Of a stretch of DNA of 64,000 nucleotides, positions 23,580 to 36,660 are shown piece after piece. Source of the stretch: Octopus sinensis (Eukaryota); NCBI RefSeq assembly GCF_006345805.1, contig NC_043012.1:9424001-9488000 (forward strand), written 5' to 3'. The stretch's first letter is position 1. Each line of letters starts with the position of its first letter. Made by a program: the position numbers and the translations under genes. The notes under the pieces are model-generated. The model was not told the origin of the DNA and did not search any database. It worked only from the letters and a program-made list of their open reading frames with translations.

Positions 23580-24310
23580 TCATGGAATCTGTCAATACCT
23601 TAATAGTAGCAGGTTGGACTTGGACTACCTACGCTGCAGCTTTCACGGTCGCCCATAAAACATCTTTCGACCTGTACATTGGTGTCTATTAGCATTAACA
23701 ACTTGTTTAATGATGGATCAAATGTTTTCAATAGGGTTGAGATCCGGAGATGCAAGCGGCCACACCATAAACTTTTCACCTTTTATTTCGTAAGACCCTA
23801 GGGATGTTTGGATGGTCCTGGCAGAGTGGAAGTCATCGTTGTCATGCATGAATACGAGATTTCTTAAAAGTGACAGCAGTATGTTATCGAGCCAGGAACC
23901 AAGACATCCTCCAGGATATTGCAATAGTTGGATGCGATCACTTTAACCTCTTCAGGTATCGTGAGTGGGCCAACAAGTCTGTCCTCACAATATAACTCCT
24001 CAACCCTGTTGTTGATGTCGTAAAAATTGGTGACGCTCATCTCCAAAATATATCCAATCATTTACCCTGGTTTCGTCAGTGAACAGAACACAACTCTTGT
24101 CTAACCTCATGTACATTAGGCCAGTTGAATCCTCAAACTCTTTTGACGAGCCGCTAAAGGAGGCAGTTTGAGGGGTTCTCGCGTGGAAACCATGGTCTCG
24201 AGGATAAGATTTCTGGTGGGTTTTAGTACATGAGGAAGTCCGGAGGAGATGAAAATAACTTTGCTTCTTTGTCCAGGTGTTCCACGTAACTCACGGCCAA
24301 TATTCCTTAA
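23580..24310 (-). mobile_element. Tc1-like transposase pseudogene with DD37E spacing
   Basis: LVGPLTIPEEVKVIASNYC..WLDNILLSLLRNLVFMHDNDDFHSART..FMVWPLASPDLNPIENI*SIIK; I count 37 residues between the D of HDN and the E of IEN; multiple stops and frameshifts. Confidence 0.85.
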
Positions 24311-25040
24311 ACTATGTAAACATAATTTAAATTACCTATATAACAGGTTTAGCTAATAAATAAATGAATATATAAATTGATTAAGAATATTAATTATAGT
24401 AATATAAATTAATTTAAATATAATTTACTTAATAATTATTTGGACTTTAAATTTATAGTAAATAGTCATTTAAAATTAAATGCAAACATGAATATATTTA
24501 CCTATATGATACGTTTAGCTACTTTTCCGTATATATAAAACTTTATTTTATTTTATGTTACTTATTTCTTGTAGATATAATTTAGTAGTATTAGTGTATA
24601 AATTAGTATGTTATTATATGTTATATTAATATATTTGAATAATTTTAAGCTTCGATATTTCTTAATGAATAAATGATTATATATAATTTTATTACGATCT
24701 ATTAATTATAGTAATATAAATTAATTTAATATTATATGTATATTTTACGTAACAATTATTTGGAATTTAATTTATAGTAAATAGTCATTGATAGTTTTTC
24801 TGTTGTTCTATTATTCTTTGATTCTAGAAGCTTAAATATTTGTCGCCTTTTTCATTAATAAATATATTTCGTCATTTTCATTAATACATTTATCTTTTTG
24901 CACAACGGCTTCGCGAGTTTCCTTAGAAACACTAAGACCTACATTTTTACGTTTAAAATTCAGTTATATAATATTCATCGATAAGATAAGTAACGATTTA
25001 TATTTAACAATATTATTTGATTTTTGAATTGTATTTTGTT

Positions 25041-25042
25041 TG

Positions 25043-25103
<61 letters not shown>
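25041..25103. repeat. (ATT)n microsatellite
   Basis: Direct reading. Confidence 0.95.
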
Positions 25104-25104
<1 letters not shown>

Positions 25105-25553
25105 AGTATTAATTGATATATAATTTCTTGATAATTATTAGTTACGATACGTATATCTATTTAATTTATTATGTTTATAATTATTTTTATAATGTGATTT
25201 AACGTATTACATATAATTTACATTGAGATATAGTTTTGTAAGACAATATATTATTTAATAGTTAGGAGGTATATTTGATACGTAGTATTGCATTTAAGTA
25301 AATATGTTTAATATTAATTGATATTTTGGTCAACCCTATAAGTGAATGAAATATGAAATCTATATATACAATATATAAATTAATAATATAGTAAGTTTAT
25401 AAAACAGGTGTGTATATATTTGAACCATTTTCTATTTTTAATTCTATTTATAGCTTGTACTAGCATTATGTATATATAAAGTTTATATATACATATATAT
25501 AAAGTTTACATATATATATTTATATATTTATATATAGTTATATATTTTTATAG

Positions 25554-25594
<41 letters not shown>

Positions 25595-25753
25595 CATACG
25601 TACATACATACATACATACATATTCATAGATAGACATATAATATATATATATATATATATATACATTTCAACAATTGAGGGTAAAATTAATTAGTTATTA
25701 ATCAATTTCACCAAGTATTCAGTATGTAAAGGGACCATTTAAGGCGAATTCAT

Positions 25754-26208
25754 ACTAAATATATACAAATTATAAGAATAATAAAAAGAAATATGTAATA
25801 CAGTACTGTTTCTACTTCGGGGATTTTCATCTATCATGTGTGTTTTTGGAACGTAACACCCGCGTTAGGCGACGTGACATCTATATATTTCTTTACTACC
25901 CACAAGGGGCTAAACACAGAGGGGACAAACAAGGACAGACAAAGGGATTAAGTCGATTACATCGACCCCAGTGCGAAACTGGTACTTTATTTATCGACCC
26001 CAAAAAGATGAAAGGCGGAATTTGAACTCAGAACGTTCATATGTGTGTATATGCGTGCGTGTTCGCGTGTGTGTCAGTGTGGGTTAGTGTGTGCAGATAC
26101 ATAGATAGATAAGTAGATTGATGCATGCATGAAAAATTATTTGTACGTTTCTGCCAGCTCGCCGCGTGACATCTATAACCAAACTCTGAAGGTGCTAATA
26201 TGACTGAA
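25754..26208 (+). repeat. Rearranged local duplicate of 29396-29796
   Basis: Shares the MITE half, the SINE A copy and the unique right flank with 29396-29796. Confidence 0.92.
25886..26164 (-). mobile_element. SINE family A, tail type 1, with 15-bp deletion and foreign insert; 13-bp TSD
   Basis: TSD CGTGACATCTATA at 25873-25885 and 26165-26177. Confidence 0.9.
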
Positions 26209-26373
26209 ATAGCTAAAAAATCTTTTTTTGGCTGCTATTTCTAATGAGTTCAGTATGTGGCAAAGTAATTTGTTTTACTAAGCCCTTTTATACAATATAT
26301 ATATTACATATATCTGTGCATGTACGTGTGGCAAATGATAAGTATCTATATGTATGTTTTTTATATATGTATG

Positions 26374-26405
<32 letters not shown>

Positions 26406-26756
26406 ATTAATATATATATATATATAATATATGTATATATATACATATACATACATATATATATATATATTTATATATATATATATATACATATATACAT
26501 GTATGTATGTGTATTTATATAAATTCTATGTATATATATTTATATAATAACTATCTACTTATCTTTCTACTTACCTACCTACCTACCTACCTACCTACCT
26601 ACCTACATACCTACCTACCTACATTCATACATACATACATACATACACACACACATGCATACATACATATATACTTGACTATGTATGTATGTATGTGTAT
26701 ATGCATGTATGTATGTATGTATGTATGTATGTATGTATCTATCTATCTATCTATCC

Positions 26757-26812
<56 letters not shown>

Positions 26813-27280
26813 CTAACTATCTGCGGCTTGATAGTTTACCATTCCTGGTGGACTAGAAGAAAGTAGCTGTGCAAACCTCTTGAAATGCTAGAAAGTAAAT
26901 AGTATCATATTTTCTTTAGATGAGTTTATGAGATTCACTCCCCTCGTCTGTTTAATTTGCGTAAACATTAGTAGTACACCAATAAATTTTAAATAATGTT
27001 TACCCCACTCTTAGCAAATGAAGATCTTAAGAACATGTGAAGTCTAAATTTATGTGTGTTTCTATAAACATACATAGGAAAGTAGATAGGTAAGAAAAAA
27101 GGTAGCTACGGAGATATATAAGTATTCATACCCATAAATATATATATGTATATATAACCTACATGGTGCTCCAGTATGACAGCAGCCGCATGGCTGAAAC
27201 AAGTAAAAGGATAAAAAATATATGTGTATATGTCTATATTTCTCTTTATATATCTAACTATATATATATGGGGTGGGGTA

Positions 27281-27630
27281 TAAAAGGGTAAAAACTCCTT
27301 CGATCATGAATGACCATGGGATTGCACACGGGAAGTTCCGTTCCGCCGCGCAAGTCCGGGCAACCTTGTTTAACGGTGACCAGCAGTCGCCCATGCTTAC
27401 CAGCCTAGCCTCTCCATGCTACCCATGTTATTCAAGGAAAAGACAAAGGACTGGCACCAGATTGGCACCAAAGACGTCGCAACTCACTTCTACGGCTGAG
27501 TGAACTGGAGTAACGTGCCTGAAATAAACAGTTTTGCTCAAGAACACAACACGCAGCTCAATCCGTAAATCAAACTTACTATCCCACGATTCTGAGCTCG
27601 ATGCTCTAACCACTGAGACATGTACCTTCC
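27281..27630 (-). mobile_element. SINE family C, full length
   Basis: Reverse complement of the family C head (..GAGCTCGATGCTCTAACCACTGAGACATG), core (CACTTCTACGGCTGAGTGAACTGGAG) and tail (TCATGAATGACCATGGGATTGCAC). Confidence 0.9.
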
Positions 27631-27634
27631 ATAT

Positions 27635-27721
<87 letters not shown>

Positions 27722-27724
<3 letters not shown>

Positions 27725-27967
27725 GTAAGACATGAGGTGAGACATTATTATTGTTCACTGATATTTTTTCGATCTTGTCTGTAATAGATTTGTGACTTTT
27801 CGGTGGTACAGAAGTATTTTTTGACTTCTATCATTAGCGATATAGGTACTCATGTAGTACCTTGCGTATATATGTACATATCTGGTATTGTATGTATATA
27901 TTTTATTAATTTGCCTCTACGGCTAATAATTCGCTTACCACTTGTGATGGTATTTTAATAATAACAT

Positions 27968-27972
<5 letters not shown>
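27722..27972. mobile_element. Unclassified (TA)n-embedded element P3
   Basis: Reverse-complement match to 49165-49420; TA tracts on both sides. Confidence 0.7.
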
Positions 27973-28016
<44 letters not shown>

Positions 28017-28022
28017 ATATAT

Positions 28023-28140
28023 GCTCTTTTACTCTTTTATTTGTTTCAGTCATGTGATTGTGGCCATGCTGGAACACCGCCTTGAGACGAGCAAATCGAC
28101 CCTAGGACTTAACTTATTTTTTGTAAGCTTGGTACTTCCT
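28023..28140 (-). mobile_element. SINE family D, tail module only
   Basis: CTCTTTTACTCTTTTATTTGTTTCAGTCAT..GGCCATGCTGGAACACCGCC..GAGCAAATCGACCCTAGGACTT. Confidence 0.75.
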
Positions 28141-28358
28141 CTTTTCAAATGCTTATAAAATGCAATGATCTAGCTAACTCTTGACTCATTTTCTCTGTAA
28201 TTTATGCAATAAAGAGTTCTCAAATTAACAGTTCTCGCCGAGCATCCAAAAGCACCTGAAATATCCAATGCGGGTTCCAAGCTACTACAATGATGAAACG
28301 TGCGAAAGAACTAATGATATTAATTTGTGTTATGACCAGAGAGAATTCTGGCCGAAGC

Positions 28359-28670
<312 letters not shown>

Positions 28671-28672
28671 TA

Positions 28673-28838
28673 AGTGCAGACGTGGCTATGTAGCATGAAG
28701 CTTGCTTCCCAACAAAATGGTTCCGGCTTCAGTCGCACAGCGTAGAACCTTGTGCAAGCGTCTTCAAGCTTGACCTCGGGCTGACCAAAGCCTTGTGAGT
28801 TAATTTGGTAGATGTAAACTGAAAGAAGCCGGTCGTGT
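28673..28838 (+). mobile_element. SINE family D, 5' module
   Basis: AAGCTTGCTTCCCAAC..CCTCGGGCTGACCAAAGCCTTGTGAG..AACTGAAAGAAGCCGGTCG. Confidence 0.8.
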
Positions 28839-29285
28839 ATATATACAGTATATATAGATACGTGTGTGTGTGTGCGTGTGTGTTTATACACAGATATATC
28901 TGTAGATAGATGGATAGATATGCACGTGTAATGGATATTGCAGTCTCCGTTGTGATGTGAAGTCGGCTGTTTATGTTATTTTTGGTGTTACTAAATCTGT
29001 GCGGCCGCTCCTTCTAACTTCTATATAAAGCTGATGTAGAGTTGTTGTTAATTTAATGTTTGGGATTCCCTTGCTTTGTCTAGAAATGTTGCGTCGAAAT
29101 ATTAATAACGTTGCATGATAAATGTCGTCTCTTGAACCAAACCTAGGTTTCTGCTGATACAATTAAACTTGGCAATATGTATATTCAACGGAAGATATTG
29201 AAGTAAACAACGGGGTATGATAAATGTGCAAAATGGCCACAGCCAGAAGAATAAAAATACTTTTCATATTAATATAATTCTAGAC

Positions 29286-29510
29286 TACAGTAATCCGTCG
29301 CAATATCACGGTTCTCCTATCGCGGTTCACCTATCACGCTTTTTTATTTAAGCGTACGTCGAATCCTCCGTGGTGTTGTTTTGCATTTATGATAAACTAA
29401 ATATATACAAATTATAAGAATAATAAAAAGAAATATGTAATACAGTACTGTTTCTACTTCGCGGATTTTCATCTATCATGTTTTTGGAACGTAACACCCG
29501 CGTTAGGCGA
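29286..29510. mobile_element. Tigger/pogo-like MITE, right TIR eroded
   Basis: TA+CAGTAATCCGTCGCAATATCACGGTT.. start and TACTTCGCGGATTTTC..GGAACGTAACACCCGCG end resemble, from memory, TcMar-Tigger non-autonomous elements. Confidence 0.55.
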
Positions 29511-29522
29511 CGTGACATCTAT

Positions 29523-29752
29523 ATATTTCTTTACTACCCACAAGAGGCTAAACATAGAGGGGACAAACAAAGACAGACAAATGGATTAAGTCGATTACAT
29601 CGACCCCAGTGCGAAACTGGTACTTTATTTATCGACCCCGAAAAGATGAAAGGCAAAGTCTACCTCGGCGGAATTTGAACTCAGAACGTAACGTAAGACG
29701 AAATACCGCTTAGCATTTCACCCGGCGCGCTAACGTTTCTGCCAGCTCGCCG
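29523..29752 (-). mobile_element. SINE family A, tail type 1, full length, 12-bp TSD
   Basis: TSD CGTGACATCTAT at 29511-29522 and 29753-29764. Confidence 0.95.
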
Positions 29753-31140
29753 CGTGACATCTATGACCAAACTCTGAAGGTGCTAATATGACTGAACAAA
29801 TCCACGAAGAACTTGATCTTCATAAATGATTAAGTATCGTTGTCGATGAGGCTGTTTAGTTTAGACCTGCGCAAAAGCTGACCGAGAAAACTTACCATAA
29901 AATCAATTATGCCGTGACATCCAGTATTTATTTATATCCAAGATTATATTTCCTAACGTGAACTTCCTTTATTAAGTCGGTAGGATGTGATTTCATTCAA
30001 GATATTTCCAGCAAATCGTCCGAAGTCTGGATGTTTAGTTTAGAAATGGGTTGTTACAGAAAGATGTTTTAGTTTTCTGATCTGCTCGGCCCTGGGGTGA
30101 GGGCTGTGAAACCTATAATCTATGTACATAGACTGTGTGCTTCAACATGAATGCTCTGTCTGCAGAAAGAACCAAAAAACATCTGTATCAGTTCTACCTG
30201 ATCATTAATGTAACGTTTAAGACTCTTTCTTTTACTCAACAGAAAAAGATGTGTGCGAAAGATAGATAGATAGATAGATAGTTAGTTAGAAAGTATAGGT
30301 TGACCGCGAGAGGGTAGCTTAAAACAATGGAATAACAAACGGATCATGTCTTTAATCATTCACAAATCGGTACATTCAGTGGCAGCACGTACTGGCTACA
30401 TTAATAAAGCGTTGACACAGCGTTTATATTGATGAACACTAAGATATGCATACCTCAGTTAAAGAATCCCATTTTAATCCTAACGTACAAATAATTTTTC
30501 ATGCATGCATCTATCTACTTATCTATCTATGTATCTGCACACACTAACATACACTAACACACACGCGAACACGCACGCATATACACACATACACATAAAA
30601 ATACACACACACATACATATACTTACACACTGTAAATTTGGCTTCAAGAGTTTTCACGAAGCTATATTCCTGTTCTATATTACCTAATTTCGTTTATTCC
30701 GCTTACTCGTATTCCTCTCTAGAGAATGGTAAATAAATCACAGCACAGAATATCGAACGCTACTTAATGACAAAACAGTTCCCAACAGAGACGGTAACTG
30801 ATTAAGTAATGAGTACAATGTCAATAGTTTGCCGCTAAGATAATATCGTTACGTTCCATGAGCGCGATGATATGCCCGCTGGCATTGTGAGAGAAAATGC
30901 TTTTTAAGTCAGTAATAATATCTGATATCGTTTTATGGCCATTTTCAGGTTAATTTTTCTGTATACAAAGACACGTCAATGATTCTAAATCTGCTTACTT
31001 GTAATATTTATTCATTCGATGTTATATGCTGCGAATAGATTAACCTATTCCGTAAAAGTCTTTGTAGTTTCTCCGCCAGTGAAGAAACAGTAAAGAAAAT
31101 ATCTTTACGGAATTACATCTAAGCATCTTGAAAAGAGAGA

Positions 31141-31237
31141 TGCGCATGCGTCAATGTTAATATAATCCTAGCGAAAGAGTGCACGGGTAGAGAAGGGATT
31201 ACGAGCGACTGGAAACGCCGTGGGTCGTAGGTCAGTT
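31141..31237. promoter_or_regulatory. Possible promoter-like CpG-rich segment
   Basis: NRF1-like TGCGCATGCG at 31141-31150 and Inr-like TCAGTT at 31232-31237 in a repeat-poor, CpG-retaining block; motif-only evidence. Confidence 0.2.
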
Positions 31238-31496
31238 TGAACAAATTTGAACAGCACTTTGATTATCACACCAACAACAACAGCACCAAAAATCCTACAT
31301 TACTTGCATTCTTTGTACTTATCTTACCTTATATGTTTATTACCCTTATACAACTTTCATACTAAATGCCTTCATGTCCTTTCCCTTCTGCTCCACCTTT
31401 ACTTCATCCATAGTTTTTCATTAGTATTTCACTATCTCTTTCCGCACTTATCTTTACCTTGTGATTCGTTAACAAAATTTGCTCTCAAGTCCAATT

Positions 31497-31497
<1 letters not shown>

Positions 31498-31573
<76 letters not shown>

Positions 31574-31621
31574 CATCCATCCATCCATCCATCCATCCAT
31601 CCTCCACTATCTATCTATCTC

Positions 31622-31683
<62 letters not shown>

Positions 31684-31690
31684 GTCCGTC
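31498..31690. repeat. (TATC)n/(CATC)n microsatellite
   Basis: Direct reading. Confidence 0.95.
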
Positions 31691-32788
31691 TGTCCGCCTG
31701 TCTGTCTGTATGTCTGTATGTATTTATTTACTATCTATCTATTAACATAAAGATATCTGCTTTCAGGTAAACGAATCACCAACCTCTCCCTTTCATTAAC
31801 TCTCCTATTTCCCCTTTATCGATCAAGAACCGTTTCCAGTTCAAGATATGATACACTTGCACGTTCCGTATGTGATACACTTCTACTGACATACATACCA
31901 TTCAGAACGCTGCACACACAAACACAAAAGCATAAAATCACCTAACCTATTTAGTGCTCCATCATGCATTCACTAACATAATCTAAATATCTTCACGTTT
32001 ACGTGCGTGCAATAAGTCAACACTCAGTTTGTGTTGATAGAGAAAATTACTAGTCTTATGCGTATTCGCACACAGAGATGTTTCTTATTACGATTAAGTT
32101 TTTCGCTTGCAAGATTAAAACGATAATTTTCTAAGATTGACATTTTATAATATCGATCTGAAAGAGAGAGATAAGACGGTAATTTTATTACTTTAGCTCT
32201 TTATGGAAGGCAAAAAAAATCTTCTCTTGTCAGTGATATATGGAAGATAGATGAAGACAGAAAACAAAAGGAAGCATAACATTGCTAAAAATATGAATTA
32301 TTTATTAAATAATTTCAGTTGTATGTTTGTATTTCTTTTCGATTTGCTTTTGCTGAAAGGTGTCGCTTCAGTTAAGTGATACAGCAAATTAGAGGTGTTA
32401 TTAATGCATTGCTTATCGCATTTCCATCTTGTAAATAGTTATTTTTGAACAATTTAAACGTGGTAATTTGTCAAACAGCTAAAAAGACTTAAATTAACGA
32501 AATAATGTAGGTCTGCAGCTTTCTCAGAACATTCCACACACACGCACACACACACGCACACATACACACACGCACACACACACCACACACACACATACAC
32601 ACAAACACATACATAATTATATAATTATGTGTGTGTGTGTATGAATATATGTATGTATCTATTATCTGTCTATATATGTTTATGCATACGACGCAGATAT
32701 ATATATATATATATATATACATACATATATTCGCACAACAACACATATATTCATACATACATACATACATACCCACCCACCCACACAC

Positions 32789-32827
<39 letters not shown>

Positions 32828-33871
32828 CTGTTAGCTATATTATGTACGTATATATGCATGATTTAAAAGCTTTCTTCCATAGCGCAAGTTTGAAGCCCCT
32901 CATGGGGAACGATGTTACGAATCAAGAGGAGCACCAGTCCAAGCAGACCCCGGTCAACCTTAGCGGTCATGTTACCTTTTCGATTTGGGCATCTTTCATT
33001 TAGGAAAAAACAGGCACCATAAATTAAATCTTGTTCTTTCGAAACTAGATGATATTCATTACACCTCAATCGTAATATCGTTAACAACACGTGTTGATCT
33101 GCTGAACCAAACTTTACACGAAACAGTCGAAGCAATAACCCTTCCTTCTACACAAAACTATCTTAAGATTTTTTTAGCCACAGCCAGAAATAACTCGCTA
33201 CAGTTATATATACACACGCCCGTTCGTATTTTCGCAGCTGCTGCTAATCACATTATTACCAAACTATGCATCTACAATATTTATTTCGTCCCTAAATGTG
33301 TAAAGTCGAGATTCTTGATTGTCCACTCTTCCCCACTTGTAACCATTCCACCTAATTGACGTCTGTAACCTTAATTAATTTTTTTCACTCCTCTCCCTTT
33401 TTCTTTTACCAAAAAGCGTTAAGTTTATCATCCAAGTCATACATTTCTTCAGTTAATTTTCTTTTACGAAACCCATTCCGAACTTTGGAGTGAAGTTATT
33501 TCCCACGATTATCCTCGCGGATAACGGCTATTATTCCTTCGTAGTATAATGTCAAGCATTATATAACAATTGGGAACCCATTATTTCAAAGGCTGAGCAC
33601 GTTATTAACCAACTCCAGATATATGGTATGCACCTCAACGAAACCACTGGATACCACCAGTCAAGAAGCATACACAACAACGCATCCTATTCTTCTTGTA
33701 AACAAGATCTCGCCCACAACTAAATAAAACTTTTTTCTTTCTTATCTTTCTGATTTTGGGCATATGCATTATGCAGCATGCCTTTTAAGCCTGCTATTAT
33801 CTAAATGCTTTGAATACAATGATTTTGCCTCATATTTCTTCCTTTCATTTTAATATAATTTTCAATATTAT

Positions 33872-33911
<40 letters not shown>

Positions 33912-34604
33912 GAATATCTTTATAAAAATGCATTCACTTTTATTATCTTTTAGTAGAATGATTTTGCCAGATTTTTAAAATTATATTTTACTTCTGTTAA
34001 TTTAATTCCATTATCTTCTCTATAAGGTTATCATGTGCGTGTGCCCACGAGCGAGAGCATGCTACTTTATAGCTGAGCTCCTTTGTCTTCAGTGTATGCG
34101 TGACGATATTCATGTATGCATTCTTGGCTTTCTTATTCTAAACATATGTATGTATGCGTTAGCACACCTACCATACGTATGTATGTTTATTTCTGTACGG
34201 GCGTATACATGGATACTGTCGTTGGAAATCTTGTTAAGCTACCATTAAACTTTCTTCCTCGTGTAATTAGTGATTCCTCTCTGTCATAAAAATATTTAAT
34301 CATGCCTTCCATACCGTCTTGGATGATTTATGACTTTCTTCCTTCAGTCACCACTCCTTATTCTCTTGTCCACTACTTTGTTCGACCGCACGTCTCCCAT
34401 ATAATTGCATAGATATTCTTTAATGAGAAAATGTTTTATCCGAAATGTCTGCGACGCATGCAAATCTAATCTTCAGCCATTCACACATACATTCGTACTA
34501 TGTACATACAAATGCTTAGACAATCGTATATATCCATCCATACACACACACACATACATACATACATTCACACACACACACACAAACACACACATACATT
34601 TTAT

Positions 34605-34839
34605 CTTTTATCTTTTATCTTTTAGTGTTTCTGTCATTAAACTGCAGTCCTACTATGGCACCGCCTTGGAGAATTTTAGTCGAACGAATCGACTCCATTA
34701 CATATTGTTTTATACCCGGTTCTTATTCCAACGGTTTTTTTTGCCGAACCGCTTGGTAACAGAGACGTAAACACGGCAAAACTAGTTGTCAAGCGCTGGG
34801 GAAGGACTAAAGCAAACATAAAGACACCTCACCGACACA

Positions 34840-34879
<40 letters not shown>

Positions 34880-35081
34880 ACACACACAAACACACACACA
34901 CACATACACACACACACATATATATGCAACGGGTTTCTTTTAGTTTTCCGCCTACCAAATCCACTCACAAGTCTTTGGTTGGCCCGAGGCTATACTAGAA
35001 GATATCTACCCAAGGTACCGCGCAGTGGGACTGAATCCAGAACCATTTGGTTGGGAAGCCAACTCCTTCAGACCACATAGC
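34605..35081 (-). mobile_element. SINE family D with internal (CA)n
   Basis: Tail module 34605-34810, CA tract, head module AAATCCACTCACAAGTCTTTGGTTGGCCCGAGGCTATA..CGCAGTGGGACTGAATCC. Confidence 0.85.
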
Positions 35082-35579
35082 TTTAACTAGACATAGTATT
35101 AAAAGCAAACATACCGTCTAATATTGTATGATTCATGTTTGGTTGCTCTTATTAAAAGAAATTTTGAAAAAAAAACGGAACTTTTCTTCATATTTAATTA
35201 ATATTTCATTCATTATACGACAAAAATTACAACAAACATTTGACAGCAGTATATTGCGGATGAAATAAACATGAAATGCGAAACATCTTTTGATGGAAAT
35301 TTTTTTCTTTGGGAGATTTTTTATTTTCTTTAATGAAAGACTGGTTTCTTTGCACTTTTAAATATTATATTAGTTTAAAGAAGACCAGCAAGCGTTGGCG
35401 TACTGCTTTGGTTGGTAGATTGGCGAATACGTTGGACTGGGGTGAAGTTGTGGTTCTTTAGTTTCTGAGTTGAAATGTCTCCAAGGTCAAATTTAGTTTT
35501 CATCATAGAGAGGTTAACAAATTAGAGCTCACATGAAGACATAGGGTTGATTTAATAGTCTATATATACAGCTGGTGAA

Positions 35580-35810
35580 GGCGGCGAGCTGGCAGAAACG
35601 TTAGCACGCCAGGAGAAATGCGTAGCCGTATTTCGTCTGCCGTTACGTTCCGAGTTCAAATTCCGCCGAGGTCGACTTTGTCTTGCATCCTTTCGGGGTC
35701 GATAAATTAAGTACCAGTTACGCACTGGGGTCGATGTAATCGACTCAATCATTTTGTCTGTCCTTGTTTGTCCCCTCTGTGTTTAGCCCCTTGTGGGTAG
35801 TAAAGAAATA
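35580..35810 (+). mobile_element. SINE family A, tail type 1, 12-bp TSD
   Basis: TSD ACAG(C/T)TGGTGAA at 35568-35579 and 35830-35841. Confidence 0.95.
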
Positions 35811-35841
35811 TATATATATATATGTATACACAGTTGGTGAA

Positions 35842-36162
35842 GGCGCATGTCGCAGTGGTTTGAGCATCGGGCTCACAATTTTGAGGTAGTGAGTTCGATT
35901 TCCAGAATGGGGTCTTTGTGGTGCTTTTGAACAAGACATTTTATTTCACGTTGCTGGAGTTCACTCAGCTGTAGAAATGGGGTTCGACGTCGCTGGTGCC
36001 AAGCTGTATCGGCTTTGCCTTCCTAAGGATAACATCAGTGTCGTGGAGGAGAGAGGGTGGACTGCATGGTCGACTGCTGGTCTTCTATATACAATATTGC
36101 CCCGTGGGATAATTCCCTAAGTGCAAAAATATGGTCATTTATGACCGATAGGGGTCTTTACT
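35842..36162 (+). mobile_element. SINE family C, full length
   Basis: GGCGCATGTCGCAGTGG head, core CACTCAGCTGTAGAAATG, tail GGTCATTTATGACCGATAGGGGTCTTTA. Confidence 0.88.
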
Positions 36163-36660
36163 TATCAACAGATCAAAACTGTACGGCTTTGTTTGAAATT
36201 TAGAAATTAATAAATTAAGATTCACAGAACAACTTCTGAATGTTGAATGGATGTAGAAGCAAGTAAACGCTTACTCTCTCTACCTCTCTCTTACTCTCTG
36301 AGACTCACACTTTCATACACACTCACACACATTTAGTCACAGAACAATGTATGTAAGCGAGCGTGTTCATATGTTTGCCATTTCTATTACGTTCTCCACA
36401 CATCGGAGTCGCGGTGAAACTGAAGGTGAAGAAAAAGTAACGTCGTAATAGATTTCATGGACAGCAAAAATATATACATTCACACATATACGCGTGTGTG
36501 CATAGTATAGAAATACATATATGCGCGCATGCATACATGTTTATATACTGTATGCATACATACATACATACGCATATATACATATATATAAACTTACTTG
36601 AAAATGGATGCGTGGCCTTCAATTAAATAATAATATAAATGATATAAATAATATATATAT

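Noticed and set aside
24310-25560. Possible mitochondrial control-region NUMT
   Set aside because: No flanking mitochondrial tRNA, rRNA or protein-coding sequence is recognisable.
32880-32950. Minus-strand frame ..LDWCSS*FVTS.. suggesting a CxxU selenoprotein
   Set aside because: Short, flanked by other stops, no recognisable selenoprotein context or SECIS; chance is more likely.
32976-32992. MPKSK start reminiscent of MRTO4 or PC4/SUB1 N-termini
   Set aside because: Only 17 coding nt and no matching downstream exon found, so no gene symbol can be supported.
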